NCBI GenBank assembly: GCA_964016885.1
Contig: OZ024742.1
Location: forward strand, 188,914,001 to 188,978,000
Length of the DNA: 64,000 nucleotides
Direction: 5' to 3'
Origin: Eledone cirrhosa
Taxonomy: Eukaryota
Below, in pieces: positions 45,332-59,604 of the stretch. The notes below the pieces were generated by a model. That model was not told where the DNA came from and did not search any database. It saw only the letters and a program-made list of their open reading frames with translations. The position numbers and the translations under genes are program-made. Every line of letters begins with the position of its first letter. Positions within the stretch are counted from its first letter, which is position 1.

Positions 45332-45487
45332 GTTTCTACTTTAGGCACAAGGCCAGAAATTACCCGGTGCATTACTGGTACTTTATTTTATCTCCCCCGT
45401 AAGGATGAAAGGCAAAGTCAACCTCGGCGGGATTTGAACTCAGATCGTAAAGGGACGTAACTATGCTGGAAAGCATGGCGCCCGACC
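45332..45487 (-). mobile_element. tRNA-derived SINE copy
   Basis: Matches the 29417-29815 copies. Confidence 0.85.
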
Positions 45488-45730
45488 ACTCAGTTATAAT
45501 AATATGAAGGTGGAAATATTAAGAAATAAATCTGATGCTAAGTGGTAACATTCTGACTTTAATTTATTAGGCTGGTAGCTACGCAAAATATGAGTATCTG
45601 GCCATAATCATATCCCAATAAAAAGTTGTCCTTGTCTCATCAATTGTTGGATAAATTGTTGATGTAGCTGTAATAGATTGGATACAATAGAAATCTACAA
45701 TCACTTACTTATATCGTCTACTTTTGTATT

Positions 45731-45766
<36 letters not shown>

Positions 45767-45812
45767 GTACATATATATATATTTATATATGTATCATATT
45801 TAATATAGAAAT

Positions 45813-45864
45813 GGCTTCTACATGACTAGAACTGTTTCATTCAAAAGGAATCATCAGGGAAGCC
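45813..45864 (-). ncRNA. Type I hammerhead motif
   Basis: GGCTTCc-CTGATGA-TTCcttttGAAt-GAAAC..GTA-GAAGCC. Confidence 0.7.
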
Positions 45865-45936
45865 AACTGTCATTGTTACCCCCGGTTGAACCCGGGACTA
45901 ACATATCACACAGACACACAGACACACACGCACACA

Positions 45937-45978
<42 letters not shown>

Positions 45979-46013
45979 AATATATACATATATATATATA
46001 TATATACATAATT

Positions 46014-46195
46014 GTTTCTAGTTTTGGCACAAAGCCAGCAATTATCTAGTACATTACGGGTACTTTATTTTATCGACCCCGTAAGGATGAAAGACAAAGT
46101 TAACCTCGGTGGGATTTGAACTCAGAATGGCAAGGGCCGTAACTCTATGCGTCAAAGAATGGCGTCCGACCCTCTACCGATACTGCCAATCCACC
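46014..46195 (-). mobile_element. tRNA-derived SINE copy
   Basis: Matches the 29417-29815 copies. Confidence 0.85.
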
Positions 46196-46349
46196 AATAA
46201 TAATGATAAGTTGACGAGACTGGCATGTCTTTCAGTGCTAGTACCGGTTGCATCTCAGTGTACTCAATAGGTAATGTTAAGTAAACTCCCAAAGTAGACA
46301 TAGTTATTCGCTTTAACGCAACACACCTAAAAGGGTAGCTTGAATCTAT

Positions 46350-46462
46350 ACCCGTACTAGTGTTTCGGCCAGACGTAATGCAGCAATAGAGTGCACAGCA
46401 TCCACTGTCTGCATTTATTATGCAACAATGCACAATCTGAGTATGTGGCTTCATCAGCGGGT
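46350..46462 (-). ncRNA. Type I hammerhead motif with long loop II
   Basis: ACCCG-CTGATGA-aGCCA..(about 75 nt)..TGGCc-GAAAC-acta-GTA-CGGGT. Confidence 0.8.
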
Positions 46463-47141
46463 TGCGCCTAATCAATAACCAATCCATCGCCAGAATTCGA
46501 GTACAGTCCGTGTCGGCTATGACTGAACGTGACGGCCAACGCGATAAAATATTAGCAACTGAAATCCCCACGCGTCATCTCAATGCCATTAGCCGATTGG
46601 CCATTGGCTCAGAAATTTAGGTAACGGCAGGAGACGAAATTCAAATAGTTCCGCTCTTGCCATAGGCTCTCAGCCAACGTGTCTCAAATTAACAGACGAC
46701 CGAAAGACGGGGATATATATATATATAAATGAGTAATTAAATATCACTGTAGGTGGCACCTACTTCAGCACTATATGCTTATGCATGAATTTGATATTCA
46801 GTGTTAAAAGCGGTCGAAATAATACACGCATTTCAGTTGAACGTAGTGTGATTCTAATCTTCACTGCATTTAAATGACAGATTGGTTGTGGAGTCAAAGC
46901 TCATTGTAATCGATTACGGCTACGAGCTGATCATTTATGAAATATATATTAAACTGAAATTTTGATCCCTCATACTCTCTTTCATTATATTCAAATCCCG
47001 CCGAGGTTAACTTTGCCTTTCATCCTTACGGGGTCGATAAAATAAAGTACCAGTAATACACTGGGATAATTGCTGGCCTTGTGCCAAAAGTAGAAACAAT
47101 TATATATATATCTCGATATATATATAGTCCTGACGTTTTCC

Positions 47142-47213
<72 letters not shown>

Positions 47214-47242
47214 TTAAAGATATATATATTATTTATACTTAA

Positions 47243-47309
<67 letters not shown>

Positions 47310-47563
47310 GCAACAATGCACAATCTGAGTATGTGGTTTCATCAGCGGGTTGCGCCTAATCAATAACCAATCCATCGCCAGAATTCGAGTACAGTCCGTG
47401 TCGGCTATGACTGAACGTGACGGCCAACACAATAAAATATTACCAACTGAAATCCCCACGCGTCATCTCAATGCCATTAGCCGATTGGCCATTGGCTCAG
47501 AAATTTAGGTAACGGCAGGAGACGAAATTCAAATAGTTCCGCTCTTGCCATAGGCTCTCAGCC
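46417..47563. repeat. Direct repeat of about 255 bp (46417-46674 and 47305-47563), probable pseudo-LTR pieces
   Basis: Near-identical segments, also seen as twin ORFs 46152..46571 and 47229..47459. Confidence 0.85.
46989..47098 (+). mobile_element. 5'-truncated tRNA-derived SINE copy
   Basis: TTCAAATCCCGCCGAGG..GCCAAAAGTAGAAAC. Confidence 0.85.
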
Positions 47564-47749
47564 TTTATATATATATATATATAAAGGAAAAACGCCAGGA
47601 CTCCGAAGCCTGAGCTCCGGCCGTTTCGACAGGTAGATCAGAACTGAGTTCAGGGTCCGGGCATTGTTCCTATTACCCACTCGACTACTCTAAGTATTGA
47701 GTACTCTGGTGCTTTATGGTCCACCTGGTTTCTTACCACACTCTCTTTG

Positions 47750-47813
<64 letters not shown>

Positions 47814-47991
47814 TAAACGGAAAAGAAAATGCTGACAAATTGTTCACAGTGAAAAATAGTTTAATTAGGAATAAGTGAGAATTAGTAATAATATTGGTTA
47901 GTATTCTGTTTTGGTTTTAAGTTTTACCGGTTGCGCATTTCTAATGCTTTTCAAAAATAATTTTGAGATAGAGCGTCCGTGATGTTTGCTC

Positions 47992-48187
<196 letters not shown>

Positions 48188-50764
48188 ATATATATATGTA
48201 TATGTATATATATATAATATATGTATGAGTATGTGTGTGTATGCGTTTTTGTGTGTCTATGTTCATTGTTGATACGAATTTCGTTTTCCTCTACATTTTT
48301 ATTTATCACGAAGTATATCTCCACTGATTTTAGAAACATGACCTGATTCCACATTGCCATTTGCAGTATATCACTTTAGACTTCAGCAATAATATTATAT
48401 AGTATAATATAATATAATATTGTATAATGTGATATAAAAGAGAAAATCGCAATAAAGACTGTACGATAAACTACTTTACTGTTTTGACATCTAGTTGAAG
48501 ATAAATTAAAATATCTTCTTGCTTCTGTAAATTGTCAGTCAGACATTGAGGTGTGTACAAGACATTACAATGCACTATAACTTTTTTCTAGACTTTTTTT
48601 TCATTTTTAAGGATTTGTTTTAAAGGTTATATTTATTTCATTTTATTTTTAGAGAATAGATTAGTGAATACACAATTGTCGTCACACTTTCAGAAATAAA
48701 GCGAGATATTTTCTTCTGGAAAGTCCTCTATAAGCTACACTTGGCCATATGTTATAGTCAAATTGGTTCTCATGAATCAGGCAGCGTAAAATGCTGCCTA
48801 TAAACACGCACACACACAAACCACGCACACACACACTCAAACAAACACACATACACACACATACATACATTTATATATATATATATTCATGTAGAGTAGT
48901 GTGCACATATAAATATATGTACACATACAAATCATACTTTATATATTGTTTGTCAAGTTATAGTACACCATATTTAGCATAGCATGATTAAACCAGGGAC
49001 ATGGCATATTTTGAATGGCATTAGAATGGTTTTCAATTTAGGTACAAGGCTAGTGATTTAAGGAAAAGAAAGGTCGATTAAATAAACCCCATTACATTAC
49101 TGACATTATATTTCATCGACGCTAGAATGATTAAAGGCATAGTTGACCTCGACCAGATTTCAACTCAGGATTTATAGAGCCGGAACATATAACGCTAACG
49201 AGTCTTATAATCCAGCGATCTCGATTCTATTTTAATATGCCACCTTTGCTTATCATGCATTCGAGAGCGATAGAAAATATACCAGTCTCGTACTGGTGTC
49301 GATTATTCCCCTATATCTCTTCCTTTCTTCCTTTCTCTCAATCTCTATACTTCTCTGGAATAAATCTGCTGTACTCATGCCTGATGTGGGAATAGGCTCT
49401 ACCAGGTTTACAACAAACCTAAGAGACGCCGTATGTCAATATAGCGCCTCTTCGGCTCCCTCTTCGAGGAATCGTGGAGGTATTGCTAAAACGCATTAGC
49501 TGGTTTGGTGGCCGCTCAAGAGGCATGTAACCGCGATCATATCATCGCCGAGCACCTTCTTATTTTTTATTAATGGAATATACTAGTGTTTAGGATGTTG
49601 GTCATATGATCACAATGACGTGTGTTCCATTATTCGAGATGGTGATGCTTTGATTTATTGAGCAAATAATTTATTTCAGGATTCCCAAGTCGAATCAGGT
49701 GAAAAGGATTTCCACCTGCAGCTGCTGGTAATTAACCCTGCAATAGACTGGCATCCTATCCAGTGGGAATCTTGTATTCTGAATCCCTTAAGGTCAATGA
49801 AACCGATATAAGCTCTGATGTGATGACCATCCAGATTTGTAAGATACTTTAACGCTTGAACAGATAAATAATGATGATGGTAGAATTTCATCGATTAAAT
49901 CTTGATTAATGTATACCACATATATTGATGCAAAATTGTCGAATAATTAAACATTCCAATTTACACGCATAAGGCCACAGGTTCGATTCGATTACATTGT
50001 ATTTGGGGTCAACTTTCATTTTCCATAGTCTCAAGTCAACTCACACCTGGAAAGAATTATGTGGAGGGAAACTGTGTAGAAGCTCGTCAGATGTTTTGTA
50101 CCTGTATTTCGAAGGGCCAATCTTCTCAGGCAATGTCATTCTGAAGCTCGCTGAGAATTAACTGTATACGTGTGTGGAATCTCTGTCATTTGCACATCAG
50201 TTGCAGGGGTAGTCTCTTCTGATGAGGGACAAACTGGATGGTCCATTCCACATATCGCTTCATTGGAGTGATGCTTAAAGAAAACTAAAAGTACAGGTAT
50301 ATATAATTTCTTGGAACAGACTGTAAAAATCTGAGAAGCAATTTGTAATAACGAACACAACATATTTTCACTGTGTGTTACAATAACATTTGCTCCAAAG
50401 AACATTTATTGCCAATTAACGAACAGTAAAATTTCGCATAATGACAAAGTCTTTTTTTATCTTGTATAATTTAATTGAATCTAACATAACTGCTGCTATT
50501 TTAGTGGAAAGAAAATGAGACTTTCTTCAATTCAATACATATATGTCTGTAGGTGTGTTTTACTGCCGATATGATGAGTTATTCACTGGGTAATTGCGTG
50601 TATGTGTGTGGGTGTGTGTATTTTCATTATATATATATATATATATATGTATATACATCAATGATTTAACGATAAGTTAAATGATATATGTATATATATA
50701 TGCATATACATGATATATATATATATATACACGTATATATATATATACACATATATATACACAC

Positions 50765-50834
<70 letters not shown>

Positions 50835-53013
50835 TTGTCATGTCACCACTTAGTCATGTCACCACTGTGTATTCCATCTAGACTATACGGTTCATTATCT
50901 GATACAATCACGAACAACGTACATCATCTTCCATACTTTAATTATCCTTCAGTTAATCTATGTTCACGAAATAGTTTTCTTCCCTTTCTCGCATATGTTT
51001 CTCATTTCATTTATATTTCGTTCATGCTGTCATGTCTTTCTTCGAATCTGTACTAACAAAAGATATCGATTTAGCAATTACAATGTTCTCAAATTAAAAA
51101 AAAAATTGTGATCGTATCTTGACATACTTTTCATTCTGAAGCCATCACAATATACTTCCTCTTAAAATATTATACTGATTAAATGTCAAATTTATTCTTT
51201 GGGTTATTAGAGAAAATATGTAATGAGTTTGATATGTAAAGATAATTAATTATATACATATATATACTTTAAATTTACTGGGGAAATAATATTTTCCGCT
51301 TATGGGCCATAAATTGTAGGACTTATGCAAATTCTTTTTCGATTACTGTAGCAAAATTTGTATAAAGTAAACCGAAATTTTACAACTTTTGTCTTTCGTT
51401 TGCTCCATGAACATTTATCCGATAGGGAATTTAAAAAATGAGCGTCACCGCTTGTTTATAAACAAACTAAACAGAGAAGGTCCTTTTCCTAATCAACTGC
51501 ATTCCTCATCCACTGAAAATGTATATATAAATACACTTAGGCATACATATGTAGTGAAGAACAATGCTTAGCTAAAACAAGGCGCGAGGCTTAGGGGTTG
51601 GGAGTATTCTCCAAGCATAGCTGCGTTCGCGAGTTCGATTCCCAGGTTCAGGGCAACATAACTTATTTCACAGCAACATAATTTATATTATCATCTTGCC
51701 TCAGTCCACTTAGCTGGCAAAAATGAAATGTATCTGTAATTCAAAGGACAAATCTTGTCATTCACCAAGACTCGCTGAATCTTGTTGAAAACGTTAAAAG
51801 TTCACGTGTCAATGGAATATTCAGCTACTTGTACGTAAATTTCATGAGCAGTGTGTTCTCTTCTTTTACATAAGCTGGAACATTTGTCGACAGAACCTAT
51901 GGAATTTCAATACACGAGAGGAATAACGGTTACAAATATGTCAACGAGGTACCGGTTGGTATGGCAGCAACCAATTTATCTTGGCGTGGTTCTTTACCAC
52001 GTTCATGACTTGTTGAAACGTAACGATGAATAAAATAAGATATGTCAATAGCAGTGGTGATATTTTGAGTTCTGTTGAATACTAAGGACGATTGACATCA
52101 ACTTAACATCGACTTTATTTGACAATTTGAATATACAGCCGTATTTATATGCGTTGGTTATGCACAATCCACAGCCATCCATCAGCTATAGAACTGTATC
52201 CTTCTCTTCGCATTCAAAACTAAAGTTGTGATGTGCTCCGCCATTTTAAATGGCACGATTTATCTCAGTGTGGTGCACATGAACCTCCATCGAAATTTAA
52301 GAGCCTAGGGGAACGTGATCAAATGATAATCCTAACCAAATTAAGTCATGTATATATAATAGGCTAATGATCGGGGGAATTTAACAAAAGAAGAATTTTT
52401 TATAACAATTTCATTTTTTTTTCTCCATTTATTGAGTCTGAAATTGGTATTATTTCCTGAGTTTACGTTTTACTAAACATTTTATAGCTTGGATTATTAC
52501 AGCTATTCTTAATAGCGGTTCGATTATTGCTAGATATATAGATGTTTTCTCATAGGAAGTGAGAACTAATATTGGCGACGACAACAGTAACAACAACAAC
52601 AATGACAATAACAACAACCACAACAACAGTAACAATTATAACAGCAACACATTACAGAATTGGTAATATCATTGTTGTTCTTAAAGTTATTGTTGTTTCT
52701 CGTTTAATGCCCGATGGGTGGAGATTCTTATAGAACAATTCAGCTGGATCTGATAACATAAATTCTTAGAAAACATCTTTAAAGACAGAAACTAGAAATT
52801 AATAACCTTCCTATCGCTCTACTTACATTATTTTATGTTATATTATAATATATTTTATTTTTCCTTCAGTGTTTACTGCCTTTCTATATTGTTTCACCTT
52901 ATAGTATTTTCCTGTTATTTTCTTTCCTTCCATTACACAGAGGAGACGACAGTTTCCAATATTTCGTCATTGTTTTTAATTTATTGCAGCTTTTTTTCTT
53001 CTTCTTCTTCTTC

Positions 53014-53087
<74 letters not shown>

Positions 53088-53099
53088 GTTATTGTTATT

Positions 53100-54975
53100 C
53101 CTTGAATCTCAGTCATTGATGTTGGTTAACTGGAAAGTCCGTTGGATTGAATATCAAGCCACTACCTGCAGCCTCAGATATTCAGGACGTATCGGAGGGT
53201 TCTTGCTGTTCCAAGCAAGCATGCCTTTTGAAGCGTTCCAAAAAGCGTGAAGGGGCCGATTTTCTTTAACCATCCCTGGAAACTTTTGGAGATAGTCCCC
53301 AGTGCGCCTATGACAATCGGGATCACTTTGACTTCATGGCAGTTCCAAATCCTTTTCACCTCCCACTTTAGGTCCTGGTATCTGTTAATTTTCTCACTCT
53401 CGTGTCGAACGGGCAGGCCACATCCACAATCAGGCACGATCTTTTTTCTTTGTCCACAACCACCAGGTCAGGTCTATTGTGTTCCAGTTTTTTGTCCGTC
53501 TGTATCCTAAAATCCCACAGCACCTTCACCTGATTGTTCTCCATCACCGCCTCTGGCCTATGCTCATACCATTTCTCAGAATGTGGTAGATTGTTTACTT
53601 TGCACAGGTGCCAGTGGATCACCCTGCCCATCACATCGTGTCTCCAGCCCTTATAGTGGGTCTGGGCTAGGTGTTTACACTCGGACACAATGTGAGCCAC
53701 AGTCTCCTCTCTCTCTCCACAGATCCTGCACAGTGGGCTGGCCTCCTCCTTGTAGATATGGTGCTTCAACCACTTCGTTTTGAGGGCCTGCTCCTGCGCA
53801 GCCATTAGCATTCCTTCTGTAGCCTTTTTGAGGTCTCCTCTTCTCAACCAGTTCCATGTCTGTGGATCTCTAAATTCAGTTTTCTCAAAGAAGGTACTAT
53901 GAAGGGGTTTTCCCTTAAGGCTGCTCTTCCTCCTTGATGTTATTTCCTCCCTGGACATCCCCTGGCCTACTGTCCCCTCCTTCAGTACAGCTCTGAGCAT
54001 TGGCTCCTTACTATAGGTCACGTATTTGTATAGGTTGTTTTTCTCCATCTGAACACAGTCCTCTATGCTGATAAGACCTCTTCCACCCTCAGATCTCCTT
54101 AGGTAGAGTCTATCGACATCACTCCTCTTGTAGAACATGTTGTAGATAGTCAATAGCTTCCTAGTCTTCCTATCCATTTCTTTTTGTTCAGCAACATTCC
54201 ATCTCAGAATTCCCGCACTGTACCTAATAATAGACACAGCTCGGGAATTTACTGCGCTTATGGCATTTCTGCTGTTCAGATGTGACTTCAACACGCTCCT
54301 TACTCTCCGAATGTATTCAGTTCTTAACAATTCCTTCATTTTTTTGTTCTTTATGCCATCAGCCTCCAGAACGCCCAAATACTTGTATCCTTCCTCAGAG
54401 TCAATTTCCTTTATCATCTCACCTGTTGGTATCTGGATCCCGTTACTTCTGCTCAACCTACCCCTCCTCATCACAATGACTCCACATTTACTAATACCAA
54501 ACTGCATACATATATCACTGCTGAAAATACGGACAGTGTCAACAAGCACATCCAACTCTTTCTCACTTTTCCCGAAGAGCTTAAGATCGTCCACGAAGAG
54601 GAGGTGATTGATGGTAAGCTCTCCCTTTCCCAACTTGTATCCTGCTCTCACTTTTCGCAGCATAATGGTCAAGGGCATCAGGGCAAGGACAAACAACAGA
54701 GGGGACAGGCTATCTCCCTGGAAGATACCTCTCTTGATCTTCACGCTTCCCAAGGATACTCCAGTTGATGTCAACTCTGTCTCCCAGGACCCCATACTCC
54801 TGCCCAGCAACTGTCTGATGTTATCTGCCACCCCGAAGATCTCCAGGCTTTTGGTGATCCAAGAATGAGGCACCATGTCAAATGCCTTTCTGTAGTCTAT
54901 CCATCCCATGGCAAGATCAGTGTGTCTCCTCCTGCAATTCCCCATTACCATCTTATCAATAAGTAACTGGTCCTT
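53100..54975 (-). mobile_element. 5'-truncated R4/Dong-type non-LTR retrotransposon (RT, CCHC knuckle, PD-(D/E)xK endonuclease)
   Basis: GIFQGDSLSP, HLLFVDDLKL, CRICGEREETVAHIVSEC, HNRPDLVV; (TAA)n on both sides; 16-bp deletion frameshift near 53395 relative to the sister copy. Confidence 0.93.
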
Positions 54976-54999
54976 TATTATTATTATTATTATTATTTG

Positions 55000-57900
55000 C
55001 ATTTATCTTGCTTTATGTTTATACGAGTTATCACCAAGTCACAACCAGTGACCTCAAGAGACAACAAGGTCCGCCATGTTCAAGAAAGAACATACATATT
55101 CACACATGCATCCTTAGTGTTTAGACTTGTGATGTACTTATATTGACAGGATCTTCCTTAGTATATGGGCAGTTCCCATTAGTACTATCTTTTGTATTTC
55201 TCCTATACGCGGGTTTCCTGGGATTTGCGATAAGTAGTCGTTAGACCCCTTAGGTATCATTCCCAGAGCGCCTACAACCACTGGTATTGTTTTAGTTTTC
55301 AATTTCCACATTTTTCCAATTTCTAACTCCAGGTCCTTATACTTGCTCAATTTTTCAAATGTTTTTATAGATACATTCTTGTCTATTGGAACAGACATAT
55401 CAATTAGCAGGCATACCCTCCTTTGAAAGTCCTTCAATATTATATCAGGTCTATTTGCATCTATTTTTCGGTCTGTTTGGATGCTAAAGTTCCACAAGAT
55501 TGAGATGTGATCTTTTTCAAGTGTGGGAGGTGGTTGATGCTCCCACCAATTCTTTTGATGGGGCAGGTCAAAATGCTTACACATTATCCAATGTATGTAT
55601 TGTGCAGCTCTGTCATGCCTGTTTAGGTATTCGGTTGGAGCTATAGGACTGCACATTGAAATTATTTGGTCAATGGTCTCTGGTTGTTTTTTGCATACAC
55701 GGCATAATGGGCTGCACCCATTTCTTATTATGTTGGCTTGGTAATTTTTTGTTGGCAGACACTGATCTTGTGCGGATATAATCAGTCCTTCAGTCTCCGA
55801 TTTCAGTCCAGAGGATGCCAACCACTGATGGGTTAAAGTTTTGTCAACATCAGGATTGTTAGCTCGCTCTGGGTATTTTCCATACAGAGGCTTTTCTTGC
55901 CATTTCTTAGCCAGTTTCTGTAGCAGTTCTTTCTTTGCAGTTACTTTTACCTGCTTTGCTTTTTCTGTGTTTTCCATTTCAGCAGTAAATGGGACTTCTG
56001 AAATTTGTAGTCCATTACTGTATCTTTGTGCATCTTTTGTAATGGAATATGATCTTTTGGTGCTTTCGTGTTTCAAAACGAGTTTGATCATCCAATCATG
56101 TGATTCCCTTAGATATGTGGATAATCCAATTGTTGCAGTTTTCAACGCAATGTCTAACTGGATTAACCCACGTCCTCCTTCTTTCCTAGGGAGATATATT
56201 CTATCTATGTCTGCCTTAGGGTGATGCATTCTGTGCATGGTTAAGAATTTTCGGATTTTTGTATCGAGCCTACGGATCTCTGTGCTTGACCAGTTGATGA
56301 CATTGTAACTGTAGGTTACTACTGGTATGGCAAGCGTGTTTATGGCATCGATCCTATTCCTTGCATTCAATTCCGTTCTTAAGATTGCTCTGACTCTGCG
56401 GTAACATTCCTTCCTTATCCTTTCCCTCATTGTCGAGTGCTTGATTCCGTCTCCTTCACAAACACCTAGATATTTGTAAGTTTGTTCTTGATCAAGCTCT
56501 CTTATCACGTTCCCCCGATCAAGATTAATGTCTGAACTCTTCAGCAGCTTTCCTCTGGTGAACGTTGCTTTGGCGCATTTATCCAGTCCAAACTCCATTT
56601 TAATGTCATCACTGAACTGCTTCACAGTGGATAATAGCCCTTGCAATTGTTCATCATTTTTTTGCAAATAGTTTCAGGTCATCCATGTAGAACAGGTGAT
56701 TAATGGTTTTGTCATAGACTCTATATCCATGTTTTGTTTCATTGAGCATTTTACTTAATGGTATAAGTGCGATGCAGAATAAAAGCGGTGATAAAGAGAC
56801 ACCCTGAAAAATTCCACAATTAATGTTAACTTCTCCAGCTTCCAGTGATTTTGTTTCACTATTCAAAAGGAGTGTCGTTCTCCATGTCCTCATACTGAAT
56901 GACAAAAACCTCCTGACAACGGGGGATATTTTGAAAATCTCTAAACATTTTTCAATCCAACTGTGTGGCAAACTATCAAATGCCTTTTTATAATCTATCC
57001 AAGCAATCGATAGATTTTTGTGTCTATTATGACAATCTTCCAGTATCATTTTGTTAACCAGAAGCTGATCCTTACAGCCATATGAGCCTCGTTTACACCC
57101 TTTCTGCTCAATGGGAAATAGGTCATTTGTTATCAGGTGGTCATATGTGTATTCAGTTAGGACTGATGTTAAAATTTTATACATTGTGGTCAAGCAGGTT
57201 ATCGGTCTGTAATTTTGGGGATTGTTTGTCTCATCATTCTTCGGTAGCAGGAATGTAATGCCGTTAACTAGCCATGATGGTATCTTTTCTGGCTCCTTAA
57301 CTATTTCATTGTAAAGTTGGGCTAACAGCTCATGAGACTCTGTGAAGGCATTTATCCAAAAGTTTTGTATTTTGTCTTTTCCTGGGGATTTCCATTTGCT
57401 GGTTTTTCTTAGAGCCAAGCGCAGCTGTTCAACTGTTATATTTTCCCATGTTTGTTCTTCAAGGTGAGCTGTTTCTTTCATTTGTCTGTCTATCCATGGG
57501 GCATGTATGTTATGAACTTTTTCTTCGGCCCAGATCTTTTCCCAGAATTCTTGCACTTCCTCCTTGGGTGGTATTGATTTAGCAGTTATTGTTGACTTAC
57601 CAATTTTTCTGTAGAAGTTTCTTTGGTTGTGTTTGAACATATTATTGTCCTTATAGAATCTAGATCGTTTTTCAAAGCGCCTTATACGAGCAGCTTTGGC
57701 CGACACTTTTTGCTTGATTGTTTCTATCAGCATGTCTATGTCACATGTTGATCTTATACTGTACTTTTTTTTCAATTTTCTAAGTTTAGTTTGTTTAACA
57801 TGTTCACCTACTTTATAGTTTGTTAAAATTTCTATGTCAGATCGGAGAAGGTTTATTTGGCGATTGATGTTATCTTGCCAAGTAGATTTCTTGTGGGAAT

Positions 57901-58950
57901 TCCTTTGTTTTTTCATCTTCACTCCACATAAGTGAGTGGTGACTTTAGCCGATGCATAATAGAGATGATTTAAGTCAGTAATGTTTAGTTTGTTTGTGAT
58001 GATAATGTTTTTGAGAATTATGTTAGTCTTGTGTATTATCTTTTGGTTCTGTTTGGAGTTCTGGATCTTAGGGAGGGTGTCTCGTTGCCCCATGTCAGAT
58101 TCTTTCATTTTCATCCATTCGATCATAATTTCATCCTTCAAGTTGGCAAGTTCATTCTCATTCATTTCTTTATCATTTACGATCTCATTATTTTCATTTG
58201 GAGTTTCATCCTGAGCATGCACTCCCTCCACTTTTTCGGTCCTTTCTTTAATTTGTTCTGTTGCCAGTGATTCCGCCCCAACCCTGGGATTCGAAGTGTT
58301 ACAGTTTACCTCGTTTTCACTGACACATGCTTCATTTTCCCTTCGCTGACTTTGTGCTACTAGCTTGATCTGATCAATTTCTATATCAGTTAGTAACTTT
58401 TTTCTTACAATATCTCTTCGTATATTGGCTAGTTTGTTACTGTCAATATAGCCTCTGTTTTCGGGATGTTTCTTTTTCCAGTTGATATATGTTTGTTCTG
58501 TATTCGATGTATTTGATGGGTAGTACATGGCAGTGTAGAAAGCCTCAAGGACTTCTTTATTATCTTCCCTTGACCATTTTTCTCTCTTTTTATTTGGATT
58601 TCTTGGTGGTGAGCATGGAGGGCCAACAGTAGGAGTATTCCGGTTATGGGAGGTCTCCAGCTCCGAAGTGATGGGAAGGTTTGAATCATTAGCTGATTTT
58701 TCGACCCCATTCTGGTTCCTCTCTGAGGGACGCGGCCCTTTTTTACCCGGGTGACGGCCGATCCGGTATGAGATTTTATCATTAGACATTTACTTTATTT
58801 TGTCGCGTTTTATCCTTATCCGCCAAGGGGTAATCATTTCGTGTTACCACTTCTAGAACGAGTGTCAACCAAGACTAGAGGGGTCGTTCTCCCCTAGAGA
58901 CATGGCTATTCCCCGCCGGCCGCCATCCCGGTATTTCTTGGTCACGGGGT
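55000..58950 (-). mobile_element. Apparently full-length R4/Dong-type element (about 3.95 kb)
   Basis: Structured 5' UTR, ORFs 56654..58789 plus 55138..56667, 3' UTR, (TAA)n tail at 54975-54997. Confidence 0.93.
55138..58789 (-). CDS. RT plus restriction-like endonuclease protein of about 1215 aa, split by one extra A near 56660
   Basis: NYRPITCL, WIDYKKAFDS, HLFYMDDLKLFAK, CRVCKK, ANRPDIIL..LIDMSVP, EKLSKYKDL. Confidence 0.9.
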
Positions 58951-59604
58951 TTTCTTTTTGTTGTTTTTTTTTAAATTGTTATTATCATGAGTGGTTCCTT
59001 TATGTGAGCATTGCGTGGCTTAAGAATGAAATTATTAATAATTGTCTCCACTCCAGGCACAAGGCCAGCAATCACCCAGTGCATTACAATAATATAATAT
59101 ACTTTTTGTTGTAGTTGGCTGTTATTGCTGCTGGCTATGTCGGTGGTGGTGACGGGGCTTTTTATATTGTTGGTGAGGAAGGGGTGAGCCAGCAGTCCCA
59201 TAATTGTTGATGTAGACGTTTGGCCGTGCAAGGTCACCAAGTCAATCTATTTATATCTTTTGCTAGCCTCTCTCTTGTCTAGTGCTACCGCCACCTTCCC
59301 TTTTCTCTCTCAAGTTAACAGGGGAATAGTGTCAGTAGCATTGAATGAGTGGTGGCGGCGATGATGGATGTGGTGGGGTGGTGGCAGCGGTGGTGTTGTG
59401 GTTACTGATATAGTATCTATGAGTTTGTGTTCGTATGTTTAATATATATTTTCATTATATTTTGTGTTGACATATTCCCGTAAAATTTGAATTAAACATT
59501 TTTTAAGATTTGAGACAATAATAATAGTAATTATTATTATGATGCCGGTGAAGTTGCCGTTATATTTAGTGTGATGGGATAGGTAGTGTATCAAGTTTCT
59601 GGTG

